From Anthoceros angustus (lineage: Eukaryota; Plantae; Anthocerotophyta): a stretch of DNA of 64,000 nt. The notes under the pieces were generated by a model, which saw nothing but the letters and a program-made list of their open reading frames with translations, did not search any database and was not told the origin of the DNA. This document shows, in pieces, positions 10,450-23,131 of this stretch (its first letter is position 1; the number at the start of each line of letters is the position of its first letter). The stretch is from positions 1 through 64,000 of the forward strand of contig MU008198.1 of NCBI GenBank assembly GCA_010909165.1, written 5' to 3'. The position numbers and the translations under genes are program-made.

Positions 10450-12647
10450 ATGAGGATATTGCCTTTGTTGCCCCTGGCGGCCGTGGCCACGGTGGTGCTC
10501 TGCTTGCTGGCGTTCCAGGTGGATGGATCTATTCACGTGTATAAGGATGCCAAGTTCACCAAAAAGGCCAACGCCGGGAACACATACGTGTTCTACGGCG
10601 GTAGCGAGGGTCTTTACAGATCCAAGCCGAGGGAAGGGTCATCCAACGGCGTGTCCAACGGCAAGTCTTACATAAGGTGCTTCCTTACTGTCCTGTGTTG
10701 CACCAGGCTGACATTGGTCTCTGAGGTCGGTCCTTCTTGTTGCGTGGGTTGGTAGATCGGTATTGGACCGGGTCAGGCGGAAGGAAACCTGTTCGGAGCA
10801 GGGGATCAAGCTCGTTCGTTTTGCAGAAGCTGCCTCTGTGGTAGTCCGAGGCAGCTGTCCTGTGCTCACAAGGGTTATAGCTACTGACTCACTTCACGTC
10901 GTTTATGCTCAGATTGCGCAAAGGCCTGGCCTTCAAGAGAAGGCCGGAGATCGCTGGAACGTACAGTGAAACGGAATTCTCGACAGGACTTGTAGAAGCA
11001 GTTATTTTTGAGGTCGGAGACATGGATAAGATCGGGGATACCTTTGAGGTGGGTCAGCGGTCGCTTTGCTGTACTCCTGATTTGGCCAAGGAGAGAGGCT
11101 GCAAGGCTGGATCCGTTATTACGAATCCGCAAGATGGTTGGCCGCATGTTTCTCAGATTCTCTTCGGCTCGAATAAGAACGTGACTGAATTAAGTATTGA
11201 TGAAGAAATCGAGATCCCTAGGACGGGCTTCTACACACTGTACTTCGTTGCTTGTGATAGCAAGCTGGATGGACTGGTCATTTCGGGCCAGACAGATTGG
11301 AAAAATCCAAATGGATATCTGCCTGGGAGGATGGCACCATTTCTGACTTTCTTTGGATTCATGTCAGTGGCATATGTGCTCCTGGGAGTCGTCTGGTTTT
11401 TTCAGTATGTGCGCTTCTGGAAGGATATCTTGCAGCTCCAAAATTGTATCACAGTAGTCATTGCTCTAGGCATGTGTGAGATGTCCATGTGGTACTTTGA
11501 GTATGTCAACTTCAACATAACTGGATACAGGCCTGTTGGTATCACCTTGTGGGCTGTTACCCTTGGTGCTGTTAAGAAGACTGTTTCTCGTCTGCTCATT
11601 TTAGTGGTCTCCATGGGTTATGGGGTTGTGCGACCAACTCTTGGTGGGCTGACCTCGAAGGTCATCTTGTTGGGAGGCACATACTTTTTGGCTGCAGAGT
11701 CTTTGGATGTCGTGGAGAACGTTGGAACTATTAATGACCTGTCTGGGAAGGCTAGACTGTTCTTAGTACTTCCTGTTGCTGTTCTGGATGCATTTTTCAT
11801 TCTATGGATTTTCACATCACTCTCAAGGACTTTGGAGAAACTTCAGGTTTGATACTATCCCCAAGCGACTGCACTTTGCCCCAGATTGTTCAATTGTACA
11901 TGACGCCACATTATGTGATTCTGTCTTCGTTGCTGAGGCTGTCGGTCCTATTGCAGGCGAGGAGGAGGTATGCCAAGCTTGAGTTATATCGGAAATTCAC
12001 AAATTCCCTTGCTGTTGCTGTAGTGATCGCAGTAGCCTGGATAGGGTATGAGGTAAAGATCGTCCCCTTTGTTGTTTGCTACAATAGCCTCCCTCTGATT
12101 CATGACTGGAGGGTGGGGTGTGCTGCTGTGCAGTTGTATTTCAAAGCTACGGATCCCTACAGCCAGCGCTGGAAAAGTGCCTGGATAATCTCCGCGTTTT
12201 GGAATATTTTGACGTTTGTGCTTCTCGGTATTATCTGTGCTCTCTGGGCGCCATCTCAGAATGCAACGAGGTATGTATTGGACTGGTTCTTTGTGTCCGC
12301 TGTAGCCAGGACTGAATTAAGTACTTGAAATTACTCTTTCACTGAAAGTGTGCATCTTGTGGCTGACACAAATGTCCTGTTACCGGTGTTTTCGCTCTGG
12401 TTGTGCTTGGACTTGCTGACAAGATGGTCGTGGTTGGTGGTTTGTGTCCTTCCCCAGGTATGCCTTTTCAGAGGATGTGGCTGAGGACTTCGATGAGGAG
12501 GAAGCAGTGGCATTGGCACCTACAAACTCATCGAAGATCGCTGAGGCTGATAACTTTGCAGCCAAGGCAGAGAAGAAGGAGAAGAAATCCGTCAACACTG
12601 ACGTATTCAGCCTTGAGGATGATCCCGAGGAGGATAAGAGAGAGTAG
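10450..12647 (+). CDS. TMEM87/GOST (lung seven-transmembrane receptor family) protein, 5 exons
   Basis: Signal peptide, luminal domain with CC, WKNPNGYLPG, multiple TM helices, VVSMGYGVVRPTLGG, LWAPSQNATRYAFSE and an acidic tail. Exons 10450-10676, 10913-11846, 11957-12052, 12134-12270 and 12458-12647. Confidence 0.92.
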
Positions 12648-13446
12648 GCAATACATTCTGCAGCGTAGTGCAACGTATATATTCTGCTCCGTACTCCGTA
12701 TTCCTCCGGGAGGAACATTCTTCTATCGGCGAGTTATCATCGGGGGTGCAAGACGGTGTTCCCTCCGAATATAGGTTAACCATTTGAGATGACGGGATCA
12801 TCCGAGGTAGGACTTTACGTTTGTACCGGTATACAGGACTCATGTCCTCGTAGAGTATCTATTTGCAAGGTAGCGAGCTCCTGGATTGTCTCTGTCCCAA
12901 GTAGAGGCATTGATGAAGGTTTTGTGCTCCTTGAGGCAGTAGTGATCTATTCAATCAACAATTCTTCCCTCCTAGTTTGTGTCTCACATTTCTCATTCGA
13001 TTTGGGCTCCCCTTCTGTTTCATTTGCATTCTGCTTCCTTCACCACATAGCACAGACTTGGTGAACCCAACCATCTGTACTCTTTGCGTCGTCCCGCACC
13101 ATTGTCGGTGGGAGTGTCAGTTGAAGGCAATGGGAGGAGTGATGAGACGGGCACCCGATCCGAAATATCCACCTGATTCCGAGGCGGGGGCAGGGGGTGA
13201 GATGATTCTTGTAAGGCTAGGCAAGCGTGAAGAGGTCGGAGGCCATGTGGCCTGCGGTTCTCGAGGATAATGCAGCAATTTCTTACCATTATCGTGCAGG
13301 TTGAGGAACGTGATGGCGAAATTGTTGCGCCGCACATTCCGGGCGGCTCCGACATAGGACATTGCGAAGTGCCATCCCAGGCTGAGTGGCTGTCCAATGC
13401 CAGACGGTTCCACCGTAGACTCATCCACAATAAATTAGCGTCGGCC

Positions 13447-15157
13447 ATGGCCACAATGTATTCCACCTCATTTCGATCGTCTGCGCCAACGCGTTGGTTT
13501 CTCGGTATTGTCATTGCTTTTACAACGCCCATTTCTGTTCCCCGCTTGTCTCTCTCCTGCGGCATGCCGGCTGTTTAGGGGTTGGAACTGGGACTTGCGG
13601 TGATGGCCTTTCCCTGCAGCTGAGGATTTCAATTTAGGCTCGATTTGCATGTCCTTCTCATGCGAGACAAGAATCTGTTCGTATGGCAGGAGGTGCGCAA
13701 CCTAAGAAACAGTCACTTCAGTCGGCCAGGTTTCTCAATTCTTGGCCTCGCAGGTTGCCCAGGTCCTCCTTCTTCGCTGCTGGAAGTGGTGGCCTTCTCC
13801 GCCAACCGAATCGAATTTCACGAGTCCAAGCACCTTACAGACTAGAAGTACGAGCTGCGCGGATGGAATCCAAAGCTGTGCCTCTGACGTCTAGGGCACC
13901 GGAATTTGAGGTGGATTGGACTTTGCTGTTGCCTGTCTGTGTCAATTGTGTCCCTTGGTTTTGCTTTGATTAGTGACACGGAAAACGTCGTGCAGCTCGA
14001 AGAGCCTCTGACGCAGAAGGTGTGGACACTTGAGGATTTTGAAGCATATCCAGCCTTGCTGGTAGGCTTTCCAATCAAACTTTGGTAGCTGTCTTTGGTA
14101 AATTACCGTTCCTGGTCATGTGTGAAAATGGCTGACCAAGGCGCTGGTCTTTGCAGGTCATGTTCATTTGCAACCACTGCCCTTTTGTTGTGCACTTGAA
14201 AGAAGACCTTGTGAAATTCGCCAATGAGTACATCCCTGTGCGTGTCCTTACCTTTGCACACTGCTGCAAGTTGCCAGGATGAGTAGGACTCAAGTGATTG
14301 TGGCGCTTTTGTGGTGCAGAAGGGCTTGGCTGTGGTCGCCATCTCCTCCAATTCTGTGAAGACGCATCCTCAGGTATGACATTGTCTCGTGTCTACCACA
14401 TGTCCAAGCAGTTTCATCTAGTCGCTGTATTTCGAACATTTGGCTGCCTGGGGGTGTACTTCAGGATGGTCCAGAGGTGATGGCTCAGGAAGCGACACAC
14501 TACAAGTACCCCTTTCCCTATCTTTACGACAAGGTACGTTTGCTCCTCGAAACTGGACTTGCCAAGGCCAACTGGAAAGCAAACCTGTGCTTGTGCCAAT
14601 TAAGTGCGATCGTGCACTGAGACAATTCCCTCTGGTGTGCAGACTCAAGAAGTTGCAAAATCCTATGGAGCAGTCTGCACTCCTGATTTCTTCCTCTACA
14701 AGAAGGTAGTGTGAGAGGCAGTGATTGGATTGCTCGCTTTGTATTTGTGGACTTTCACCCACGAGTGAAGCTCATTGGCAGGATGGAAGACGGCCTTTTG
14801 AACTCGCCTATCATGGACGCTTTGATGATTCGCGGCCAAGAAGCAGCATACCAATTACTGGCAGGTGATGACTCCTCTCCATCCCCTGCGAAATCAACTG
14901 TATACCAGATGACGGTACATACTTTAAGGCGTATCCTGCTCTGATTGCTCTTGACAGAGATTTGAGAGGCGCAGTGGACTGTGTACTTTCGGGCAGGCCT
15001 GTACATATTGCACAAAATCCCAGGTGAGAAATTTCGAGACGGACTGGACCTTTCTGTGAAATCTTTACTTGGAGCGGGTTTGGCAGGGGGGGATGGTTAA
15101 TTTGTCGCGTGAATATTCTGCAGCATCGGGTGCAGCATCAAGTGGGAGCCCCACTAG
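13447..15157 (+). CDS. AhpC/TSA-type thioredoxin-superfamily protein with transit peptide (At1g21350-like), ~10 exons
   Basis: Spliced by eye: ...ARMESKAVPLTSRAPEFE|LEEPLTQKVWTLEDFEAYPALL|VMFICNHCPFVVHLK...|KGLAVVAISSNSVKTHPQ|DGPEVMA...YPFPYLYDK|TQEVAKSYGAVCTPDFFLYKK|DGRRPFELAYHGRFDDSRP...|...|SIGCSIKWEPH*. All junctions are GT-AG. Confidence 0.9.
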
Positions 15158-15356
15158 GTTCAACCGCAGGCCGGCAACTTTTGCGTCAGTAGGAACTGTG
15201 ACAACGGGAAGGAACTCAGAATCTTCTCTCAAAATTTTCCGTGTACCTACATGTAGTCTTGAAAAGCTTTAAGTAATTTTGAAAAGAGAAGGGTTTACGA
15301 ATTGGCAACTACAAGACAAAAAATAACTATCAGCCTTTATGCTACTACAAAAACCT

Positions 15357-17189
15357 TCAGCCGCTCATAAGCAGACGCCAAGATCGAAATGAAGAGTCGG
15401 CCTCAGCTGCATGCATTGCACACACAAAAGTGTAAAAATTGAATCGAGCAGAGCAACAAGTGAGGTCATCCTGACTGTTACCTGTGAAAGAGGGGGACCA
15501 TTGTGCAGGAACATTGAGCTCTGATTCAACTGCTGCTTTTGCGGCAGCTATGCCGCAGCCCACAGCTTCTAAAACGTGACCAGGGCTCCCTGTAAGGACA
15601 GAGAGAGCCCCAGCCACCAAGCAGTCCCCAGCTCCACTCAAGCTTACAACAGAAGCTGGCAGAGCAGGGAAATGGTACGAGAATACTTGTCCTTCACGCC
15701 GTCCTGGAGGAAGGCTACGGAGCGGGCGCAAAGTGCAGAGAACTGCACCGTGATGACTCAAAGTTAAGACAACATACTGCACGCCTTCCGCCAGCACAGT
15801 TCTTATGGCGTGCTGCAGTTCATACATAACAGACTCTACCCTGCTGTGACGGGAAAGCGCTGGGTCATGAGGCAGCTTTTGTGCATCAGGACTGAGAGCT
15901 TCAGCCATGGCCACCAGTTCAGCCTCATTGGGGGAGACATATGTTATCTGCCAAGTGCCCGACTAGGTGTCAGCTCCAAACCCAACAAATGCTCCACCCT
16001 CACAGGGCAACAAGAAGGACCAATTACGAAGCTCCAGTGCGAACTCACAAATTTGAGAAGCTTTGCAGCCCGTTGGCATTTTGCAACTGATACCGGTTCA
16101 AACCAGACAGGAACATTTGCCTCGTATGCCACTGCACAGCCCAAGCTCGAGACATCAGCAGGATGAGCAGTGCATGCACGCGTGATGAACACAAGTAGTC
16201 CTTCAAGGACTTACTCCTGCAAGTGACTTCCAGAGTCTCTGGAACAAGATTGGCATCGACCATCACTATTGAAGCAGATGTTATCTTCCCAGAAAACTTT
16301 TGTATCCATGCTGGAGTAAGGTGCTTCTCCTGCAACGCATGAGCGGAACAGCCATCAGTCACAGGTAAACTACATGCTCTGCAAGCATAAGGCCTGAAGG
16401 AACTTACAACTGTCTGCACGTCTGCCACAGCAGCTTGTAATTCCCCTTGCCTGTCAAACACGGCAGAAACAACGGGTGTCGAAGCTCCTGCGTGTCTGCA
16501 AATTCCTGGCCCTCCCCCCCCAAGTCAGAGATATGCCACTCCCTGCACTCCAACTACATTCTGCAGACACTTCAGTGCATGTGCATTACCGTCCACCGAG
16601 AGCCCAAGTGACCTCCAATGTGCGACAAGCTCATCTCCTGCACCCAACTCCCATCAACTCACGTGTTCTGCACCCAGGGTTACAAGAACGAGTAAAACCC
16701 TTTCTCTGAAAGCACACCTGCCATGTCCTCCCCAACCACACTGATAAGAAAGGGCTTGGAATTCAGCCGAGCCATACACTCCGCAACGTTTCTCCCAACC
16801 CCACCTCGGTGATACAGCACCTGCACAGCGGCACCCTCCAGTCAGCCTGCCCTGCAGCTCTCCCTTGAAAACAGTGAAACATCCCTTGCATGCTCACCCG
16901 GCCAGGCGTTGTGGTTCCACGCAACAAATGGTCAGAATTAGGCTTAGCGTGTATGTCCAGAACCATAGCCCCAACCACCACGGGAATCCTTGGCTCGAGC
17001 TGCAGCCCATCCGAGCCCTCGGTGGCCTGCAATTGCAGCTTTCACAACGCGTGTCACAGGGATCTCGCTCGTCACGAGCATGGACAGATGCAGCAGGCTC
17101 CAAAAGATGTCTCTCACCGTGCAGTTCGAGGGCGAAGGTGACGAGCAGAGATGACGCGCGATCACGCTCACCCTTCTACTGCTGCCCAT
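15357..17189 (-). CDS. PUKI: PfkB-family kinase, pseudouridine kinase-like (At1g49350-like)
   Basis: PVVVGAMVLDIHAKP...TTTPGRV...GGVGRNVAEC...VSVVGED, DANL, WFEPVSVAK, SPNEAELVAMA and the PfkB signature SLSGAGDCLVAG. The N-terminus RRVSVIARHL fits a PTS2 peroxisomal signal pattern. Confidence 0.88.
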
Positions 17190-17329
17190 CGTGTCCTGGA
17201 AGCATGCCTTCGCGAGGCAGCGAAGAAGAATAAAACGGTTTAACCCATATTGTTTTTAGATGCTGCGCTGCGCTGGTAAATATACTGAAGTCTTCACGCA
17301 ATTATTGAAATTTCGATTACAGTCCTTTC

Positions 17330-19150
17330 CCGTGGTAGATTTCCCAACCTGTTGGCTCGTGTTTAACGTGGCCCATAGTCAACGTTGATGCTGTGTAATC
17401 CATGCCTACATGCTTTGGTCCACGCTGTGATCCACTAAGAAGCCAGTTCCTGTACGGACGATCACGTGATCCGATGCCCCGTCTCTCATAACATTGCGGT
17501 GTGAAGGTCTCGGTAGCGGGAGGGACTCTGGCGTGCCACAAATCTTTAGCGATGAGTGATGGAATTAAGAACAGTTCGAAGCGGTGTTGGACCCGTGTGT
17601 GTGTGTACATCACCTGGCCCCCCGATGGGGTGTGCATGGTGCGAATACGCAGCTTATTATGTGGATCATGTGTGTCGCGCGAAGGCCCGCATGATTGCCC
17701 ATACACTACCATCCATCCAGACCCGGCAGCCCCTCAGAAACGGAAGACAACGTGGTCACCCACCAGCAAAACATACACATGTGCATCAACCCTCCTGGTA
17801 TGCTGAAAGTGCCAACCAACCCTTTCTACGGTTTCGGAATCGGGAAGTGGAGATATAACCCATATTGTCCGGGTAGACTGTAACCCCTGCAATATAATTG
17901 CATCTGTCCACGTTAGGCTTGGCCTTCCTGAGTAAGTCAAGGCTCCGGGTTGTTCATGAGCATGGGACGGTGGATGACCATATGGCTGGGCATAGTAACA
18001 GCTGCCCTATGCCGGCCGTCCACCGTGTACGAGACTTAAACCACATGGTCTCTGACTGTGGAGGAGCTGAGCAGTCCTCCGCATGTACTTGGGTTAGAGC
18101 TGGTGGGGTGGAAACCTCTGGCTGGGCTAGTAATGGTTGAGAGAACGCCTGAGGATATCGCCGTCCATGTGCAAGGACGAAACGATACTTCCAAAGGTAC
18201 GGCTCTGACCGGAATGGGCCCTAGCTGGCAGCAGAGGAAATCCGCTAGGAAGCGGCGCCCCCTGAATCTGCACAAGAATCCAAACCCTCGAGCATGAGCA
18301 TCCCTCCCTGACGCTGGAAGTGCCACCCACCATTTTAGGTCGAGGGTTTGGGTTCTTGTGCAGATAAAGGCCGCCATAAAGGCCACTCTGAGAGACCCAC
18401 GGCGTGATTAATGCATCTCATGTCAGACCTCTCGGCGCGTCAACCAGTGACGGAGGCATCAAAATGTGACGCATCTCAAAGGCGCTTCGAATAAAATCTC
18501 AAAAACCACAAGAACCGAACCCTCAAGCACATCTGTGCACCCTGGACACTGGACGTGCCAACCCCTCCCCCCTTTTACGTTCTAAATTCCAAGACAGCCT
18601 TGGATGAGGCCATCCGGGTTAAGATTAATCCGGGTGGGTACTGCCTGTCCGAAATACAGTCACATGTCGTGGCTTAAATCTCAATACCAAACCTGTCTGG
18701 TATTGAATCGCGCAACTCTTAGCCTGCAGTGCGTGCATGGGTCTGACCCGCCAGGTGGCGGTGCCCCATCCATCGCAGCTTGAAGTATGCGCGCACCTTG
18801 GACGCTGGAAGTGCCACCCCCTCCCCCAATCCCTTTTGAACAATGTGCTCTCTCTGAGGCTTCAAAGGGAGAGCTCGCCAGTGGAATCTCCGCGTCTCGT
18901 CAAACCAGTAGTGGGACTTTGTCACCCGCCTCTATGGGCCTTTTAACGAAAGGCTTCAAATGAAACGTTGCCAGTAAACGTTGCCCCATTTTACGTTCTA
19001 AATTCCTTGACTGCTGCCTTAGATGAGGTCATTCTGGGACATGCTTCAAATGGGACTATATGCTCCTCAGCTTACTACATATTCGCATCTGTATGCGTAT
19101 GTGCTGGCTTCCTGGAAACACCTGACCGGCTGCTCGCCCGGATATGGGCG
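17330..19150 (-). mobile_element. Highly degraded Ty3/gypsy LTR-retrotransposon pol remnant
   Basis: Frameshifted motif traces appear in RT-RNaseH-INT order on the minus strand: ...ASKVRAYFKLRWMGH (~18800), FDASVTG (~18450), TVRDH (~18050), RKAKPNV (~17920), AHHPIGG (~17630) and KHVGMDY (~17405). No LTRs were recognised. Confidence 0.5.
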
Positions 19151-19229
19151 GCCAGCGCACCCAGTCCTGTGAAAGTCGTTGGTCCCAGGGGGCGAGGTAG
19201 AGCCCTAGCGCGAGGCCGCAAGGAGAGGA

Positions 19230-20289
19230 TCCACGCGGAGCCGGACCCCGTGCGCTACAACGAGTTCTACCTCGCGCAGCTCCGGGAGCTCCTCTCCGCC
19301 TACGGCCCGGTGTCGGAAATCTGGCTGGTACCCCCGGGTTCAAGGGCTCCCACAGCCCGAAAACGAAGTACCTGCTCCAAGAATGGGTCGCCGTGGTGCG
19401 CCAGCTCCAGCCCGACGCCAGCGTCTTCTCCGACGCCGGCCCCGACGTGAGGTGGGCCGGGAACGAGGCCGGCATCGCGGGCTCCACTGCCTGGTCCATT
19501 ATCAACCGCTCCAGCCTCGCCATCGGAGCCGTGGACGTGGAATACCTCGACGCCGGGGACGAAGACGGCATCGACTGCGTTCCCCCGGAGTGCGATGTGT
19601 CCTTCAGGCCCGGCTGGTTCTGGCACGCCGGCGAGAGCCCCAAGCCGCTCCCCGCCCTGCTCTCCATCTACTACCAGTCGGTGGCACGGAACTGCATGCT
19701 GGTCCTCAACGTGCCTCCCAACAAGGACGGAGTCTTGGGCAAGGACGACGTCCGCGCCGTCCAGGAGCTGAGATCCACCGTCCGCTCCATCTTCACGTGC
19801 AATCTTGCTGCTTCAGCTAACGTCACCGCCAGTACCGCCAGTACCGCCAGGCCGGGGCTACAATCCCAGCCCGAGCAGGTGCTGAAGGAGGACCTCGCAA
19901 CCTACTGGGCCGCGGACGCGCGCTCCTCTGCTGAATCTGTTGAGCTCGACTTGGGCAAGGTGAAGAGCCTCAATGTCGCCAGGATCGAAGAGCCCGTCGC
20001 TTTGGGCCAGCGCGTGAAGCGCTTCAGCATCCGGGTTAGGGCTGACGTAGAGGACGCTGGGTGGACGACGGTTGCTTCCGGCACCACCGTCGGCTACAAG
20101 AGGCTGCTGAAGTTTCCGCTCGTGGAAGCAAGGTTCGTCCGACTAACCGTCGACGCAGCCCGGAGCTGCCCCTTGATTGAGTCCTTCGGGCTGTATCTGG
20201 ATCGTGTGAGTCGTGACGACGTTGCGGGCCACTATGCTTTGTCATCATGGAGCTCCGGGATGCTGAAACAGACAAGTCTTGGTAAGTAG
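19230..20289 (+). pseudogene. 5'-truncated, frameshifted GH29 alpha-L-fucosidase (AtFUC1-like) with C-terminal F5/8 domain
   Basis: YNEFYLAQLRELLSAYGPVSEIWL-[frameshift]-GFKG...QLQPDASVFSDAGPDVRWAGNEAG...PPECDVSFRPGWFWH...YYQSVARNCMLVLNVPPN...EEPVALGQRV...GTTVGYKRLL. The N-terminal half (TAKHHDGF) is missing. Confidence 0.85.
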
Positions 20290-21377
20290 TTATTAGAAGA
20301 ATCGGTTAGCGCAGATACGTCATCATAATGTGAACATGGAGAAAGGCACGAAAACGATGTCACGATGCGATAACGAGGTTAGAGCACATCACAACAGTTG
20401 CATGGAACACATGTCGATCGGTTTGGGTTGGGGGCAGCGCACACCTGGTCACATTGGTCGCGGGAGCATGTAGAAGGGAGGGCGACCGCGTACCGGCAGC
20501 AGTCCGCTTCCAGTCGGTAGGAGGCTGAAAGGCGACAACATGTACATGTCAGAAGGAGCCTGTACACGATATCTAAGGAGCTGGTGATGAAGGGAACCTT
20601 GGAGAAGGAGATGGCTGCTGCGTCATAGATGCGATGTACAATGTACCGCAACAGCCAACAGCTGCCGGCCCACTGGACGCTTACAAGTAAAACAAGCGTC
20701 GCTGGGAAGGTCAATCAAGCGACAGCCTGCCTGTCGGGGAGCCGACCTCAACGAAACCGCGAAGCTGGTAGGTGACCAGGCAAACATCACCGGAGCTGGC
20801 AGCTGCAGCTCCGATTGAATGCTCCACATTTTACGAGACCTGCCGGCCACGCTGACGCGAGGGAAGCCTCACGCAACAGCCGTGGATTTGGCTTCCATAA
20901 CGAAATGCGGCTAGAGAGCCTCTGCTCCTGATCAATTGCTGCTGATGATGAGGGCCGCCGGACAGCGAGACCTCAACAGTGTTGCAACCTCCATCCCTGT
21001 CCGGAAGCTCCCACTGCACACGAGGGCAATGCGGTTTGCGTGTCCTCCTGGCACCCTGTCCCAGCCACAGTGCAAGATGAGAGGTATAAATCCGAGCTTG
21101 CCCTTACTGTACAGACGCTGATCCACATCTCTCCTTGCCGCATCCCGCAGCCTTACATAAGCCCGGGACGTCTGCAGGAATCGCCGGAGTCCGCCATCGG
21201 AACTAGTGCTCCTGCAAATCTGCAACTCCAGAAATTTTAGGTTGTGTGCATGTGCATGCGCGTGCCGAGCCACCAGATCTTGGCCAAGCAATCCATTCTC
21301 CGGCCTGCCATAGCTGGGAACTTGCATCATACTCAATTCTCGAAGCTTGGAGGAGAAGGCGGGAATCAAGAAACTCG

Positions 21378-23006
21378 ATGACGATGATTCGGCTCCTGCA
21401 CCTGCTTCTGCTGCTGCTGCTGCTGCCGCTGTTCCTGGCGTGGTGCGCGCCCGGGGCCGGGCAGGGGGGCAGCTGGGAGCTGCTGGTGGAGAATGCGGGG
21501 ATCTCCTCCATGCACACAGCGGTGACGAGGTTCGGGAACGTGATCTTCCTGGACCGCACCAACATCGGGGCGTCAGAAATCCAGCTTCCGGCGGGCGTGT
21601 GCCGGGACAACCCGGGGGATCTGGTGCTGCAGCACGACTGCACGGCGCACTCGGTGCTCTTCTCCCCGGCCGACAACAATGCCATCCGGCCGCTCTTCAT
21701 CTACACCGACACATGGTGCTCGTCGGGACAGTTCTTCGCGGACGGGACGCTCTGGCAGACGGGCGGGGACAACGACGGGCTGAATCGCGTCCGCACCTTC
21801 ACGCCCTGCGCGGACGGCGGGAACTGCGACTGGCAGGAACTGAACGACGTCTACCTGCAGGACGGCCGCTGGTACGCCACCAACCAGCTGCTACCGGACG
21901 GGACGCAGATCGTGGTCGGCGGCCGCTCGGTGACTTCGCTGGAGTACATCCCGCCCAACGGTCGCGGGAAGGTGTACGTGGACCTCCTCCAGCGCTCCCT
22001 GGACGCGCAGTCCGACAACATGTACCCCTACGTCCACCTCCTCCCCAACGGCCAGCTCTTCATCTTCGCCAACCGCGACTCCATCGTCTACGACTGGACC
22101 TCCGACACGGTGGTCCGCGACCTCCCGACGCTCCAGGGCGACCCCCGGAACTACCCCTCGGCGGGCTCCTCGGTGCTCCTACCGCTGGTCGCCAGCAACG
22201 GGTTCTCGGACGCGCAGGTGGTGGTGTGCGGGGGCGCGGCGTACGGCGCCTACTTCGACCCGGCCGCCCAGCTCCCGGCCGACGACTCCTGCGGTCGCAT
22301 CAGCCCGCTGTCGAGCGACCCGGAGTGGGAGATGGAGACGATGCCGATCCGTCGAACGATGGGCGACATGATCCTCCTCCCCACGCGAGACGTGCTCATC
22401 ATCAACGGCGCCTTGACGGGATCGCAGGGCTGGGGGAACGCGCAGAACCCAGCATTCACGCCGGTTCTGTACCAGCCGAGCGCGGCCCCGGGATCGCGCT
22501 TCTCCACGCTCGCCGACGCCACAATCCCGCGGCTCTACCACTCCACAGCCAATCTCCTTCCCGACGGCCGGATCCTGATCGCCGGCTCCAACCCCCACCA
22601 GTACTACACGTTCGACGGCCAGTTCCCGACCGAGCTCCGGGTGGAGGCCTTCTCCCCCGACTACCTAGACGATCGCTACGCGGGAGCCAAGCCCTACATC
22701 GCCTACGCCCCGGACGCGATCGCGTATGGAGCCGGCTTCACCGTGGTTTTCACCACGGGGTCCGGGGCCGCGCCGGCGAGCATCGAGGTGAACCTCATGA
22801 GCGCGCCGTTCGCCACCCACTCCTTCTCCATGGGCCAGCGCCTGCTGCAACTCGCGGTCGACGACCCCCAGCCGAACCAGGGCGGCGGGTTCCAGGTCGG
22901 CGCCACCGCCCCGCCCGACGCCAACATCGCCCCGTCCGCTTACTACATGCTCTTCGTGGTGGCCGATGGCGTGCCGAGCACGGCCTCCTGGGTTCACATT
23001 GGCTGA
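21378..23006 (+). CDS. GLOX: Secreted glyoxal/galactose oxidase-like copper radical oxidase (AA5), intronless
   Basis: Signal peptide, GISSMH, DRTNIG, DTWCSSG (Cys), RWYATN, DNMYPY (Tyr), RNYPSAGSS, RLYHS (Tyr/His ligands), THSFS (His ligand) and a C-terminal DUF1929 domain. Confidence 0.95.
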   Translation: MTMIRLLHLLLLLLLLPLFLAWCAPGAGQGGSWELLVENAGISSMHTAVTRFGNVIFLDRTNIGASEIQLPAGVCRDNPGDLVLQHDCTAHSVLFSPADNNAIRPLFIYTDTWCSSGQFFADGTLWQTGGDNDGLNRVRTFTPCADGGNCDWQELNDVYLQDGRWYATNQLLPDGTQIVVGGRSVTSLEYIPPNGRGKVYVDLLQRSLDAQSDNMYPYVHLLPNGQLFIFANRDSIVYDWTSDTVVRDLPTLQGDPRNYPSAGSSVLLPLVASNGFSDAQVVVCGGAAYGAYFDPAAQLPADDSCGRISPLSSDPEWEMETMPIRRTMGDMILLPTRDVLIINGALTGSQGWGNAQNPAFTPVLYQPSAAPGSRFSTLADATIPRLYHSTANLLPDGRILIAGSNPHQYYTFDGQFPTELRVEAFSPDYLDDRYAGAKPYIAYAPDAIAYGAGFTVVFTTGSGAAPASIEVNLMSAPFATHSFSMGQRLLQLAVDDPQPNQGGGFQVGATAPPDANIAPSAYYMLFVVADGVPSTASWVHIG

Positions 23007-23131
23007 TTCCTATCCACCGAACGAGCTGAAACCCGCATGGGGCGTGGGTAAGGTATTGTAGCCTGAGATTTATTTACACATTTCATAACTTGATTCCTAA
23101 CTAATTGGACTGATTGATGCTGGAGACTGTA

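Noticed and set aside
20379-21369. Several short ORFs between the fucosidase and GLOX
   Set aside because: No consistent frame, splice pattern or known motif.
21347-23029. 560-aa overlapping ORF on the GLOX gene
   Set aside because: Arg/Pro/Gly-rich shadow frame expected from very high GC3; no domain recognised.
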